DNA from: an uncultured Actinomycetes bacterium
Lineage (GTDB): Bacteria; Actinomycetota; Thermoleophilia; Gaiellales; JAICJC01
Assembly: GCA_963706075.1 (NCBI GenBank)
Contig: CAVPLP010000002.1
Location: forward strand, 432,758 to 496,757
Reading direction: 5' to 3'
Length of the DNA stretch: 64,000 bases
This document shows, piece by piece, positions 1-9,805 of the stretch. How positions within the stretch are numbered: position 1 is the stretch's first letter; each line of letters begins with the position of its first letter. The notes beneath the pieces were generated by a model that saw nothing but the letters and a program-made list of their open reading frames with translations, had not been told where the DNA came from and ran no database searches. The position numbers and the translations under genes were made by a program.

Positions 1-107
1 CGGTGTGCGTCCTGCACCGTCGTCGTGCGCCAGTGCTCGACGAGAGTTGGCCCGTCGTAGAGCCCCGCGACGGTCTGCGTGTTACCGGCGTCGAGCGCGA
101 GCAGCAT
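1..107 (-). CDS. coaX: Type III pantothenate kinase, N-terminal fragment (gene runs off left edge)
   Basis: Minus-strand ATG at 107 reads MLLALDAGNTQTVAGLYDGPTLVEHWRTTT. The DxGNT start is typical of CoaX. It begins 4 nt after the DUF2469 stop. Confidence 0.7.
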   Translation of the reverse strand, partial: MLLALDAGNTQTVAGLYDGPTLVEHWRTTTVQDAH

Positions 108-110
108 CGG

Positions 111-449
111 TCACTCGTCGGAGAGCTCGAACCCGGGCGGGAACGTGGTCGCGATCTCGCTCTCGGGCTTCAGCTCCTCGATGGTGACGTCCTGCGTCGT
201 GTGCACCTCGGCCCTCGGGATGATCCGGCTGGGCCGGTTCTTGTCCCACACCCACACGTCCTCCATCGTCAGGTGGACGAGCGGGTAGGCCGGCTGGTTC
301 GCGGTATCCATCTCGAGCCGGTTGCACAGGTACGTCGCCTCGGCCGTGAGGACGCAGTACTTGAAGAGGCCGAAGACGGTCGCGTACTCCTTCTTCAGGC
401 GCAGCTCCAGCTCGGCGTCGAACTCCTCGAGGTCTTCGATGTAGGCCAT
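111..449 (-). CDS. DUF2469-family conserved protein
   Basis: 112-aa ORF MAYIEDLEEFDAELELRLKKEY... with balanced composition, unlike the overlapping GC-artefact ORFs. A TAGACT box (456-461) lies 6 nt upstream of the ATG. Confidence 0.8.
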   Translation of the reverse strand: MAYIEDLEEFDAELELRLKKEYATVFGLFKYCVLTAEATYLCNRLEMDTANQPAYPLVHLTMEDVWVWDKNRPSRIIPRAEVHTTQDVTIEELKPESEIATTFPPGFELSDE

Positions 450-1444
450 GGGGACAGTCTAGATGGTTGATTCCTGGGTCCCGTGATGTCCTGGGAGGCG
501 AGAACCGAGCGTGGGGCAGGGAGCGGCGATATTGGCAATATCGGCGCGACCGAGGACGCGGCGAGGCGACGGTCGCAGCCGCAGCCCCACCACGGCGGGC
601 AGACACCCACGGGAGGGCGTCCAGGCTTGCGGAACCCAGGGATCAACCGTCGGAGAAGCCGGGTGCCGCGCACCGCCCAGGCGCGGGCGATCAGCCGTAT
701 CGAGCCGTCCGCCTCGACGGAGAGCGTCTCCCGAAGCCGCTCCCGGAGCGCCGTGCGGCGATCCTCGGGCAGTGAGACGCAGTAGCCGGGCGCCGGCCCC
801 TGGCCGCCCTCGAAGGGCTCCCAGTAGTCGTCGAAGCCGGCAAAGACGGTGGGCGCGTCGATCCCGAGCGTCTCGACCCCGGCCAGGCCGGCGCCCGAGA
901 AGAGCGCCTCGAGCGCGGGAGGGTTGCACCCCGCCATCCGCCGGCCCTCGTCGAGGTCGGCCGCAGCGGGGTCGAGCGCGACGGCGGCGTCCCAGAACCG
1001 GCGCATGAGCTGCATCTCGCCCGCGTAGTCCCACACGTATCCGGCGACGACGCCGCCGGGCCTGACGACGCGCGCCATCTCGGCGACGCCCCGCCCGGGG
1101 TCGGGGAGGAAGTTGAGGACGAGGCTGCTCGCGACGGCATCGAAGGACGCGTCGGCGTGGTCGAGGGCCTGCGCATCGCCGGCGGCGAACGACGCGCGGG
1201 GATCGGTCAGGCGCCCGGCCGCGTACGCGACGTACGCCTCCGACGTGTCGACGCCGACGACCGCGGCCGGCGCGGCCTGCGCGAGGAGGGTCTCGGTGAG
1301 CGCGCCGGAGCCGCAGCCGACGTCGAGCCAGCGGCCGCCCGGCGGCACCTCCAGCCAGTCGACGAACTCGCGCGCCACGAGCCGGCTCCACCGTCCGACG
1401 TAGCGCTCGAGGCGCTCGGCGTCGTCCCAGACGTCCGGAGTCAC
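395..1444 (-). CDS. Class I SAM-dependent methyltransferase (literal ORF; domain ends ~650 and the 3' tail is probably artefactual)
   Basis: Motif I LDVGCGSGALT, then DAVASSLVLNF and RPGGVV. After ARAWAVRG the frame becomes P/R/S-rich text and overlaps DUF2469 by 55 nt. A +1-frame TGA lies at 643-645. Confidence 0.8.
   Translation of the reverse strand: MTPDVWDDAERLERYVGRWSRLVAREFVDWLEVPPGGRWLDVGCGSGALTETLLAQAAPAAVVGVDTSEAYVAYAAGRLTDPRASFAAGDAQALDHADASFDAVASSLVLNFLPDPGRGVAEMARVVRPGGVVAGYVWDYAGEMQLMRRFWDAAVALDPAAADLDEGRRMAGCNPPALEALFSGAGLAGVETLGIDAPTVFAGFDDYWEPFEGGQGPAPGYCVSLPEDRRTALRERLRETLSVEADGSIRLIARAWAVRGTRLLRRLIPGFRKPGRPPVGVCPPWWGCGCDRRLAASSVAPILPISPLPAPRSVLASQDITGPRNQPSRLSPWPTSKTSRSSTPSWSCA
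527..543. promoter_or_regulatory. 17-nt AT-rich perfect palindrome CGATATTG-G-CAATATCG, candidate operator
   Basis: Read directly from the sequence. It lies ~80-95 nt upstream of the DUF2469 start, in what is probably true intergenic DNA. Confidence 0.25.
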
Positions 1445-1469
1445 CGGGCGAATCTAGACGATTGATGGT

Positions 1470-2129
1470 CTAAACGAGGCCGGGCAGGATCCGCTTGGTG
1501 CGGGCCGCGTAGTCCTCGTACGCCGGGAACTGGGCGCGGAGGTTCGACTCCTCGTAGTGCGTCCGCGCGATCTGGAGTCCCAGGCAGACGAGCCAGGCGC
1601 CGGCCGCGGCGACCGGGTGCCTCGACCCGATCACGATGCCGATCGCCGCCGTGAGCTCGCCGAGGTAGAGCGGATGGCGGACAAGGCGGTAGGGGCCGCG
1701 CACGACCAGGCCGCGGACGTCGGGCAGGATGCCGAAGCACCGCCCGAGGACGGCGACCGAGGCGAGCGAGAAGGCGAGCCCGGCGAAGAGCAGCGAGTCC
1801 GAGACCATGACGCGGATGCCGGCCCCGGCGTCGGCGCCGAAGAGGCCGACCGAGATCATCGTCAGCTGCGAGAGCAGGGCGACGGCCACGCCGACCGGGG
1901 CGCGGTCGCGACGGATCGGTGCCGGCCGGATGTTGATCAGCACCGTGAACATCACCCACAGAGCGCCGGAGAGGACGTGGAACGCCCCGCCCGAGACCGA
2001 CGTCGCCTGCATCGTCGCCTCGATCTGCACCACGACCATGACGGTGAAGAGGAGCGTCGGGATGGCGCGCGAGCCCAGCAGCGTGAGCACGTCCGGGATC
2101 GGGCCGGCGCGGGAGACGTATTCGGTCAC
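1470..2129 (-). CDS. Isoprenylcysteine carboxyl / phospholipid methyltransferase-family membrane protein
   Basis: 219-aa multi-TM ORF with C-terminal VRHPLYLGE...IARTHYEE, typical of the ICMT/PEMT family. Confidence 0.7.
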   Translation of the reverse strand: MTEYVSRAGPIPDVLTLLGSRAIPTLLFTVMVVVQIEATMQATSVSGGAFHVLSGALWVMFTVLINIRPAPIRRDRAPVGVAVALLSQLTMISVGLFGADAGAGIRVMVSDSLLFAGLAFSLASVAVLGRCFGILPDVRGLVVRGPYRLVRHPLYLGELTAAIGIVIGSRHPVAAAGAWLVCLGLQIARTHYEESNLRAQFPAYEDYAARTKRILPGLV

Positions 2130-2156
2130 ACTCAGTTCATCGGCGGGCGTGCCGCC

Positions 2157-2666
2157 CTACATGAGGGGAAGCCCGCCCGCAGGCTCGACGCCCTGCGGGT
2201 CGAGCGCCTCGAGCCAGGCACGCGCCGTCCGCCCCGACAGCACGAGGTCGGGAGCGATGTCGCACAGCGGCCGCAGCACGAACTCACGCTCGTGAGCCCG
2301 CGGGTGCGGGAGCGTGAGGCGGGCGTCGTCACGTGCGACGTCCTCGAACCAGATGAGGTCGAGGTCGAGCGTGCGAGGTCCCCAGCGCACCTCGCGCACG
2401 CGGCCGTGCGCCGCCTCGATGTCGAGCAGGACGCCGAGCAGCGCATCGGGATCGAGCTCGGTCTTGAGCGCCGCGACCGCGTTCAGGAACGGCGGCTGGT
2501 CGGTGACGCCGACCGGTTCGGAGCGGTAGATGGGCGAGGCGGCGACGATCCGGCCGCCCCGGCGGCCGAGCTCGACGACCGCCGTTCGCAGCGTGGAGGC
2601 AGGATCTCCCAGGTTGGCCCCGAATCCGACGTACGCCCGGCTCACCCGCTTGGGTGCATTTTCCAT
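2157..2666 (-). CDS. folK: 2-amino-4-hydroxy-6-hydroxymethyldihydropteridine diphosphokinase
   Basis: YVGFGANLGD...SPIYRSEPVG...DQPPFLNAV...GPRTLDLDLI...LPHPRAHEREFVLRPL. I chose the internal ATG at 2666 (MENAPKRVSRAYV) within ORF 2157..2783. Confidence 0.85.
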   Translation of the reverse strand: MENAPKRVSRAYVGFGANLGDPASTLRTAVVELGRRGGRIVAASPIYRSEPVGVTDQPPFLNAVAALKTELDPDALLGVLLDIEAAHGRVREVRWGPRTLDLDLIWFEDVARDDARLTLPHPRAHEREFVLRPLCDIAPDLVLSGRTARAWLEALDPQGVEPAGGLPLM

Positions 2667-2769
2667 ATATCCCCTTAACGAACCCCTCACATTTGCCGAT
2701 GTCCTGATCAGGGTACGGGTGATTCGCGTTGGCCGTATCCAGCTCCCGGCTCTGACCAAGGATGGTGCC

Positions 2770-3078
2770 ATGTCGACCCTCATGGAACTGACCGTCGTGC
2801 TCGTACTTTGCCCGGCCGCGCTTGCGATCTGGGCTGACGCGCGCTACCCCAACCTGCGCCCTCGCGAGATCCGGCGGACCACCGTCCATCTCGGCATCGG
2901 CGGCGTGCTTGCCTTCCTCGGCATGCGCCCGATCCTGGCCGCGATCGCGGCCGAGCTCTCCGGCCCGACCGGCAAGGCCACGGCGATCCTCGCCGCCTGC
3001 GCGGTCATCACCTACTGCCTGACCGTGTCCGTCTGGATCGTGCGCCTCGCGTCCGAGACGGTCCGCGAAGGCCGCTAG
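2770..3078 (+). CDS. Hypothetical small membrane protein
   Basis: In-frame ATG at 2770 within ORF 2530..3078. MSTLMELTVVLVLCPAALAIW... shows about three hydrophobic spans. Confidence 0.5.
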   Translation: MSTLMELTVVLVLCPAALAIWADARYPNLRPREIRRTTVHLGIGGVLAFLGMRPILAAIAAELSGPTGKATAILAACAVITYCLTVSVWIVRLASETVREGR

Positions 3079-3087
3079 CCCGGCAGA

Positions 3088-3741
3088 TCAGGCCATCACT
3101 TCGCGCAGGACGGCGGCCGCCTCTGCGCGGGTGCGCGCCTTGAGCTTGCGCAGGATCGCCTTCACGTGCCAGCGCACGGTCTCGGGCGAGAGGAAGAGCC
3201 GGTCCGCGATCTCGACGGTGGTCTCGCCCGCCGCGATGTGCTGGAGGATCTCGAGCTGGCGCGGCGTCAGGCGCTCGCGATGCGGCAGCTTCGACGCCAG
3301 GAGCATCCGGCGCTGCGACTCGCGCACGTCGTCGATGAGATGCGCCGCCATCGTCCGCGAGAGCGCGGCCTCGCCCGCGAGGACGCCGTTCAGCGCGACG
3401 GCCAGCCGTTCCGGCGGCTGGTCCTTGGTCAGGTAGCCGGCGGCGCCGGCGCGCAGGGCGGTCAGCATGTCGCCCGGGTCGCGAGACTCGGTGAGGATGA
3501 CCACGCGCGGCGGAGCTCCCTCCATGTCCGCCAGGCGGCGCACGAGGTCGACGCCGCTGCCGTCGGCCAGGCGCAGGTCGGCCACGACCAGGTCGGGCTG
3601 TGCCCGCGCGGCGACGTCCACCGCCTCGCGGACGCTCGAGGCCGCACCGACGACGGTGAGCCCGCCCGCCTCGAGAACGGCGATGAGGCCACGGCGGAAC
3701 AACGGCTGGTCGTCGACGACCAGGATGCGCACCTGCGGCAT
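3088..3741 (-). CDS. NarL/LuxR-family two-component response regulator
   Basis: MPQVRILVVDDQPLFRRGL...DLVVADLRLADGSG receiver domain plus C-terminal LTPRQLEILQHIAAGETTVEIADRLFLSPETVRWHVKAILRKL HTH. GGAAG lies 5 nt upstream of the ATG at 3741. Confidence 0.9.
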   Translation of the reverse strand: MPQVRILVVDDQPLFRRGLIAVLEAGGLTVVGAASSVREAVDVAARAQPDLVVADLRLADGSGVDLVRRLADMEGAPPRVVILTESRDPGDMLTALRAGAAGYLTKDQPPERLAVALNGVLAGEAALSRTMAAHLIDDVRESQRRMLLASKLPHRERLTPRQLEILQHIAAGETTVEIADRLFLSPETVRWHVKAILRKLKARTRAEAAAVLREVMA

Positions 3742-4130
3742 GCTTCCGTTATACGCCGGAATTCGGGTCCGGCGGAAGCCTCCGCGACGACCGCCACCTC
3801 GTCGAGGTCGTGCGGGATCGGGACATCGGGCTTCGCGACTCGCACCCTCGCGTGCACCACTCCGAACCTGGCGACGAGGTCGTCGGCGATCAGGGCGGCG
3901 AGCCGCTCCAGCAGACGATACGGCCCGCCCTGGGCCAGCTCCACGACGCGATCGCACACGGCGGCGTAGTTGACTGCGTCGGCGAGGTCGTCGGTCTCGT
4001 CGGCCCGCGAGGGCGTGCACTCGAGCCAGACGTCGAGGACGAACGTCTGCCCGTCCCGGCGCTCCTCCTCGAGCACGCCGTGGTAGGCGAACACCCGCAG
4101 GCCGCGGATCTCGATGCGGGCGCTCCTCAC
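3462..4130 (-). CDS. folB: Dihydroneopterin aldolase (literal open frame; the homologous part ends ~3745)
   Basis: GTG at 4130 overlaps the folP stop (GTGA). Reads VRSARIEIRGLRVFAYHGVLEEERRDGQTFVLDV...VRVAKPDVPIPHDLDEVAVV. There is no in-frame stop until 3462, which is 280 nt inside the response regulator gene. Confidence 0.8.
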   Translation of the reverse strand: MRSARIEIRGLRVFAYHGVLEEERRDGQTFVLDVWLECTPSRADETDDLADAVNYAAVCDRVVELAQGGPYRLLERLAALIADDLVARFGVVHARVRVAKPDVPIPHDLDEVAVVAEASAGPEFRRITEACRRCASWSSTTSRCSAVASSPFSRRAGSPSSVRPRASARRWTSPRGHSPTWSWPTCAWPTAAASTSCAAWRTWRELRRAWSSSPSLATRATC

Positions 4131-4957
4131 GGCGCCGCCTCGATCGCGCCCGCGACCGCCAGCGCCTCGCGCGTCTCGCGCACGTCGTGCACCCTGACCA
4201 TCCACGCCCCGCGCCGCACCGCCTCGACGTTCGCGGCCGCCGTCGCGACGGCCCTGGTGCGATCGGCGTCGCCGATGATCGAGCCCAGGAACCGCTTGCG
4301 CGACACCCCGACGACCACGGGCGGGCCGACCGCGACGATCGCATCGAGGTGCCGCAGGAGCGAGAGGTTGTGCTCGCCGGTCTTGCCGAACCCGATGCCG
4401 GGATCGATGCAGATCGCCTCGTCCGAGATGCCCGCGGACTTTGCCGCCTCGACACGCTCGGCCAGGAACGCCGCCACCTCCGCCACCACGTCGTCGTAGC
4501 GCGGGTCGTCCTGCATCGTCTTGGGATCCCCCCGCATGTGCATGAGGCACACCGGCACCCCGGCGCCCGCCACCACCTCGGCCATGCGCGGGTCGACCCG
4601 CATCGCCGACACGTCGTTCACAAACGATGCCCCCGCATCGATGGCCGCCTCGGCGACCACGGCCTTGGTCGTATCGATCGAGATCGGCACGTCGGTCGCC
4701 TCGCGCAGGCCGCGGATCACCGCCAGCACGCGGGCCAGCTCGACCTCGGCCGACACCGGGTCCGACCCCGGCCGGGTCGACTCGCCGCCGACGTCGAGCA
4801 CGTCGGCGCCCTCGGCGACGAGCGCGACGCCGCGGGCGATCGCTGTCCCGGGATCGAGGTACTCGCCGCCGTCCGAGAACGAGTCGGGCGTCACGTTGAT
4901 CACGCCCATAACCGCCGGAGGCGGGAACCGGTCAGGCAATCGGGCCACGGGCGGCAT
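4127..4957 (-). CDS. folP: Dihydropteroate synthase
   Basis: VMGVINVTPDSFSDGG...DVGGESTRPG...IDTTKAVVAEAA...VNDVS...IDPGIGFGKT...GVSRKRF. ATG at 4957 within ORF 4127..5308. Confidence 0.9.
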   Translation of the reverse strand: MPPVARLPDRFPPPAVMGVINVTPDSFSDGGEYLDPGTAIARGVALVAEGADVLDVGGESTRPGSDPVSAEVELARVLAVIRGLREATDVPISIDTTKAVVAEAAIDAGASFVNDVSAMRVDPRMAEVVAGAGVPVCLMHMRGDPKTMQDDPRYDDVVAEVAAFLAERVEAAKSAGISDEAICIDPGIGFGKTGEHNLSLLRHLDAIVAVGPPVVVGVSRKRFLGSIIGDADRTRAVATAAANVEAVRRGAWMVRVHDVRETREALAVAGAIEAAP

Positions 4958-4963
4958 CCTAGA

Positions 4964-5659
4964 ATGGCGCCGTCGACCACCCGCCGGAGAGGCGCGCTGC
5001 CGTTTCACACGTCGCACATCGAGGTTGAGGCCGGTCTGCTCCGGCAGGCTCTCGGCCCGAACGCAAGCGTGCTCGAGGCCGGCTGCGGCCGGACGACCCG
5101 CCTGGCCCGCTTTCGCGACCGGATCGACCGGCTGGTCGGCGTCGACCTCGACGAATCGGGCGGGCGGATGAACGAGTCGCTCGACGAGTTCGCCGTCGCC
5201 GACCTGTGCGGCACGCTGCCCTTCCCCGACGGGACGTTCGACCTCGTCTACTCGAACTTCGTCGTCGAGCACCTCGAGCGGCCACCGGCGGCGTTCGCCG
5301 AGTGGCACCGCGTGCTGCGCCCGGGAGGGTCGGTCGTCGTCGTCACGAGCAACCGGTCAAACCCGCTCATGGCGGCGGCGCGGGTGCTGCCACAGGGCCT
5401 GCGCACGGTGATCAAGGGGCGCGGGCCGGGCGCCGCGGCCCGTGACGTCTTCCCGGCCCGCTACCGCGCCAACACGCCCGAGGCGCTCACGAGCCAGCTC
5501 GGCCGGGCGGGCTTCAGTCCGGTCCAGGTCGTCCCCGTCGCGACGCTCCACCGCTACGCGGGCGAGCGGCGGGCGGCCGCCGCGGCCCTCCGCACCTTCG
5601 AGCGCGGCCTGCCGCCGCGCCTGCGCTCGACGATCGTCGCCTGGTACCGCCGGGACTAG
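4964..5659 (+). CDS. Class I SAM-dependent methyltransferase
   Basis: VLEAGCGRT motif I, FDLVYSNFVVEHL, and LRPGGSVVVVTSN. ATG at 4964 within ORF 4187..5659, only 6 nt from the divergent folP start. Confidence 0.8.
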   Translation: MAPSTTRRRGALPFHTSHIEVEAGLLRQALGPNASVLEAGCGRTTRLARFRDRIDRLVGVDLDESGGRMNESLDEFAVADLCGTLPFPDGTFDLVYSNFVVEHLERPPAAFAEWHRVLRPGGSVVVVTSNRSNPLMAAARVLPQGLRTVIKGRGPGAAARDVFPARYRANTPEALTSQLGRAGFSPVQVVPVATLHRYAGERRAAAAALRTFERGLPPRLRSTIVAWYRRD

Positions 5660-7003
5660 CCCCGGTAGGACAGTGAGGTGGCCGTCGGCAGGAGCCGCTC
5701 GTAGCCGTACCCGGTGATCGGGCGGTGGCCGGGCCGCCACAGCTCGGCGGAGTTGTTGTTGTCGAAGCCCATGGCATCGGTGGCGCCCATGTCGGCGAGG
5801 ACGTCGGCGAACTTCGGCATGGTGAGCCCCGTGCCGCCCTTGCCGCCGATCATGATCATCCAGGCCGAGTTGCCGGAGCGGACCAGCGCCGGGCGCCAGC
5901 AGCCCCCGCCGCACTCCCACTGCCACGGATCGATGGAGTCGGGCCGCGACGAGACCGCATGGCCGCCGGTCACGAGCATCGGCTTCCCGCCCGTGATGTC
6001 GGTGACGTTGCTCCACCCGGCGTCGTCGATCGCCGTGTCGACGGCGGGCGAGCCGGACCCGGCGAGCGCGGTGAGGCCGTCAGCGGCGATGTCGGTCACC
6101 GTGTCCGTCCTCGCGAGGAGCAGCACGCCGCCCACGGGGACGGTCACCTGCTCGGCCGGCTGGCAGACGTTCGTCACGCACGTCGAGGGGGTTGCGATCG
6201 GCATCGAGACGGGCTGCCGCTGGGCGGTCGACTCGGTGATGCGGAACGCCACCACGGACTCGGACTTGCTCAGGCCCTTCACGTTCTTGTAGTTGTCCTG
6301 GTGTCCGCGAAGCTGCGTGGCGAGGACGTCCGAGTCGAGCACGACGCCGACGGCGTTCGCCGGGATCGTCACGGTGTCGCCGGCGTGCGTGTACGCCGCG
6401 ACCTGGTCGCTCCGGATCGACGTCGCGAGGGCGGCGGGGCTGGGGTTGAACGCCCCGACCGTCGCCGACGTGCCGCCCGGGAAGTCGAGCTTCATCGGAC
6501 GGAGGATCGGGTGGCCCATGATGAACCGGCCGTTGGGCTTGTACCCGACCGCCAGGCTGCCGGTACCGAAGCGGAAGATCCGCCGGTCCTGGAGGAGTGG
6601 ATCCCGCTCGTCGTGCTCCTGGTGGGGCTCCAGCTCTGGTAGATCGAGTAGTCGCCGTTTATCGCGGCGATCATGCCCGGCGGCCCGCCCGCCGAAGCGA
6701 GATGCGAGACTCTGGTGGTCGGTGATCCACGTGCTCGAGTCGTCGTAGGCGCCGAGCAGCGACGAGTGAAGGCTCACGTGCTGGTTCCCGAACTTCCAGC
6801 TCAGCTTGTAGACCTCCTGGGCGCCGAAGACGCCGCGCACGGTGATGCGCGAGTGCACGAGCGTGACGCCCGGCTTCAGGGTCTTGCGCGAGATGACCCT
6901 CTTGGTGGTGATCGGGGCCCGCCCACGCAGCCGTGCTGCCGGAAAGGACGACGAGGCCCACGAGGCCGATCCCGAGCACACGGGAGAAGAGTTTGGATGA
7001 CAC
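5656..7003 (-). pseudogene. Secreted phosphodiester glycosidase (NAGPA/DUF2233-like) gene with several frame disruptions
   Basis: Signal peptide MSSKLFSRVLGIGLVGLVVLSGSTAAWAG (ORF 6671..7003) joins PITTKRVISRKTLKPGVTLVH...TWITDHQ (ORF 5656..6981). That joins MIAAINGDYSIYQ (ORF 6492..6674), then returns to DPLLQDRRIFRFGTGSLAVGYKPNGRF... ending at 5656. Shifts lie at ~6914-6925, ~6674-6690 and ~6600-6640. Confidence 0.6.
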
Positions 7004-7116
7004 GCCAGGAACCCCCTGCTGAAGCCGATGCGTAGGAGGGTTATCGGCGCGCGGGGGAACGCTTGCGCCCCCTTCAGGGGGAGGGTCCCCTACCCGAAGC
7101 GGTTATCCGCGGAGGT

Positions 7117-9079
<1,963 letters not shown>

Positions 9080-9232
9080 TGCGCGTTCGCCTGCTTCCCC
9101 AGGGAATTTACCGGCGGCATGTGGCCCGCGAGAATGCCCGGTGACCCGGGCTTGAACCTTACCACGGGGGTGCCGCCAGCCCCGGTATCGGCACCCGTGA
9201 GGCGGTTCTGTAGCCCATGCGAGGAATCGGCG

Positions 9233-9805
9233 TCAGTCGAGCGGCTCGGGCAGCTTCGACTCGTCGAGAGCGGCGACGTACGGCAGGCTCCGGTAGCGCT
9301 CGGCGTAGTCCAGCCCGTACCCGATCGCAAACCGGTTGGCGATCTCGAAGCCGACGTAGCGGCAGCGGATGTTGGCCTTGCGCCTGGCCGGCTTCGTGAG
9401 GAGGGCGCAGACCTCGAGCGAGGCGGGCTTGCGCGCCTCGAGGTTGCGGACGAGATACGAGAGGGTGAGCCCGGAGTCCACGATGTCCTCGACGATCAGG
9501 ACGTGCCGGCCCTCGATCACCGCGTCGAGGTCTTTCAGGATCCGGACGACGCCCGACGAGTCGGTGGTGTTGCCGTAGCTCGAGACGGCCATGAAGTCGA
9601 TCTCGCACGGCACCGTCAGCGTGCGCACGAGATCGGCGATGAAGAACACGGCGCCCTTGAGCACGCCGACCAGGACGGGGTCGAGCCCGGCGTAGTCGCG
9701 AGAGATCTCGGCGCCGAGCTCGACGACGCGGCCGCGCAGCTCCTCCTCCCCGACGAGCACCTCCGCGATCAGCGGGTCGTGATCGGCGGCGGTCGGGAAG
9801 TTCAT
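9233..9805 (-). CDS. hpt: Hypoxanthine phosphoribosyltransferase
   Basis: ATG at 9805 within ORF 9233..10627. [16 protein letters not shown]...[18 protein letters not shown] (PRPP motif)...[15 protein letters not shown]. Confidence 0.9.
   Translation of the reverse strand: MNFPTAADHDPLIAEVLVGEEELRGRVVELGAEISRDYAGLDPVLVGVLKGAVFFIADLVRTLTVPCEIDFMAVSSYGNTTDSSGVVRILKDLDAVIEGRHVLIVEDIVDSGLTLSYLVRNLEARKPASLEVCALLTKPARRKANIRCRYVGFEIANRFAIGYGLDYAERYRSLPYVAALDESKLPEPLD

Noticed and set aside
9080-9232. Strong hairpins in the hpt-ftsH spacer as a riboswitch or a member of the palindromic family. These are GGGTGCCG-N13-CGGCACCC and GCCCGG-GTCA-CCGGGC.
   Set aside because: They share only the GGTGCC/GGCACC core by chance. 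They lack the AAAnATTGG / CCGnTTTT arms and the single-nucleotide centre, and they match no known riboswitch. They are probably an ordinary hpt terminator or ftsH 5'-UTR structure.
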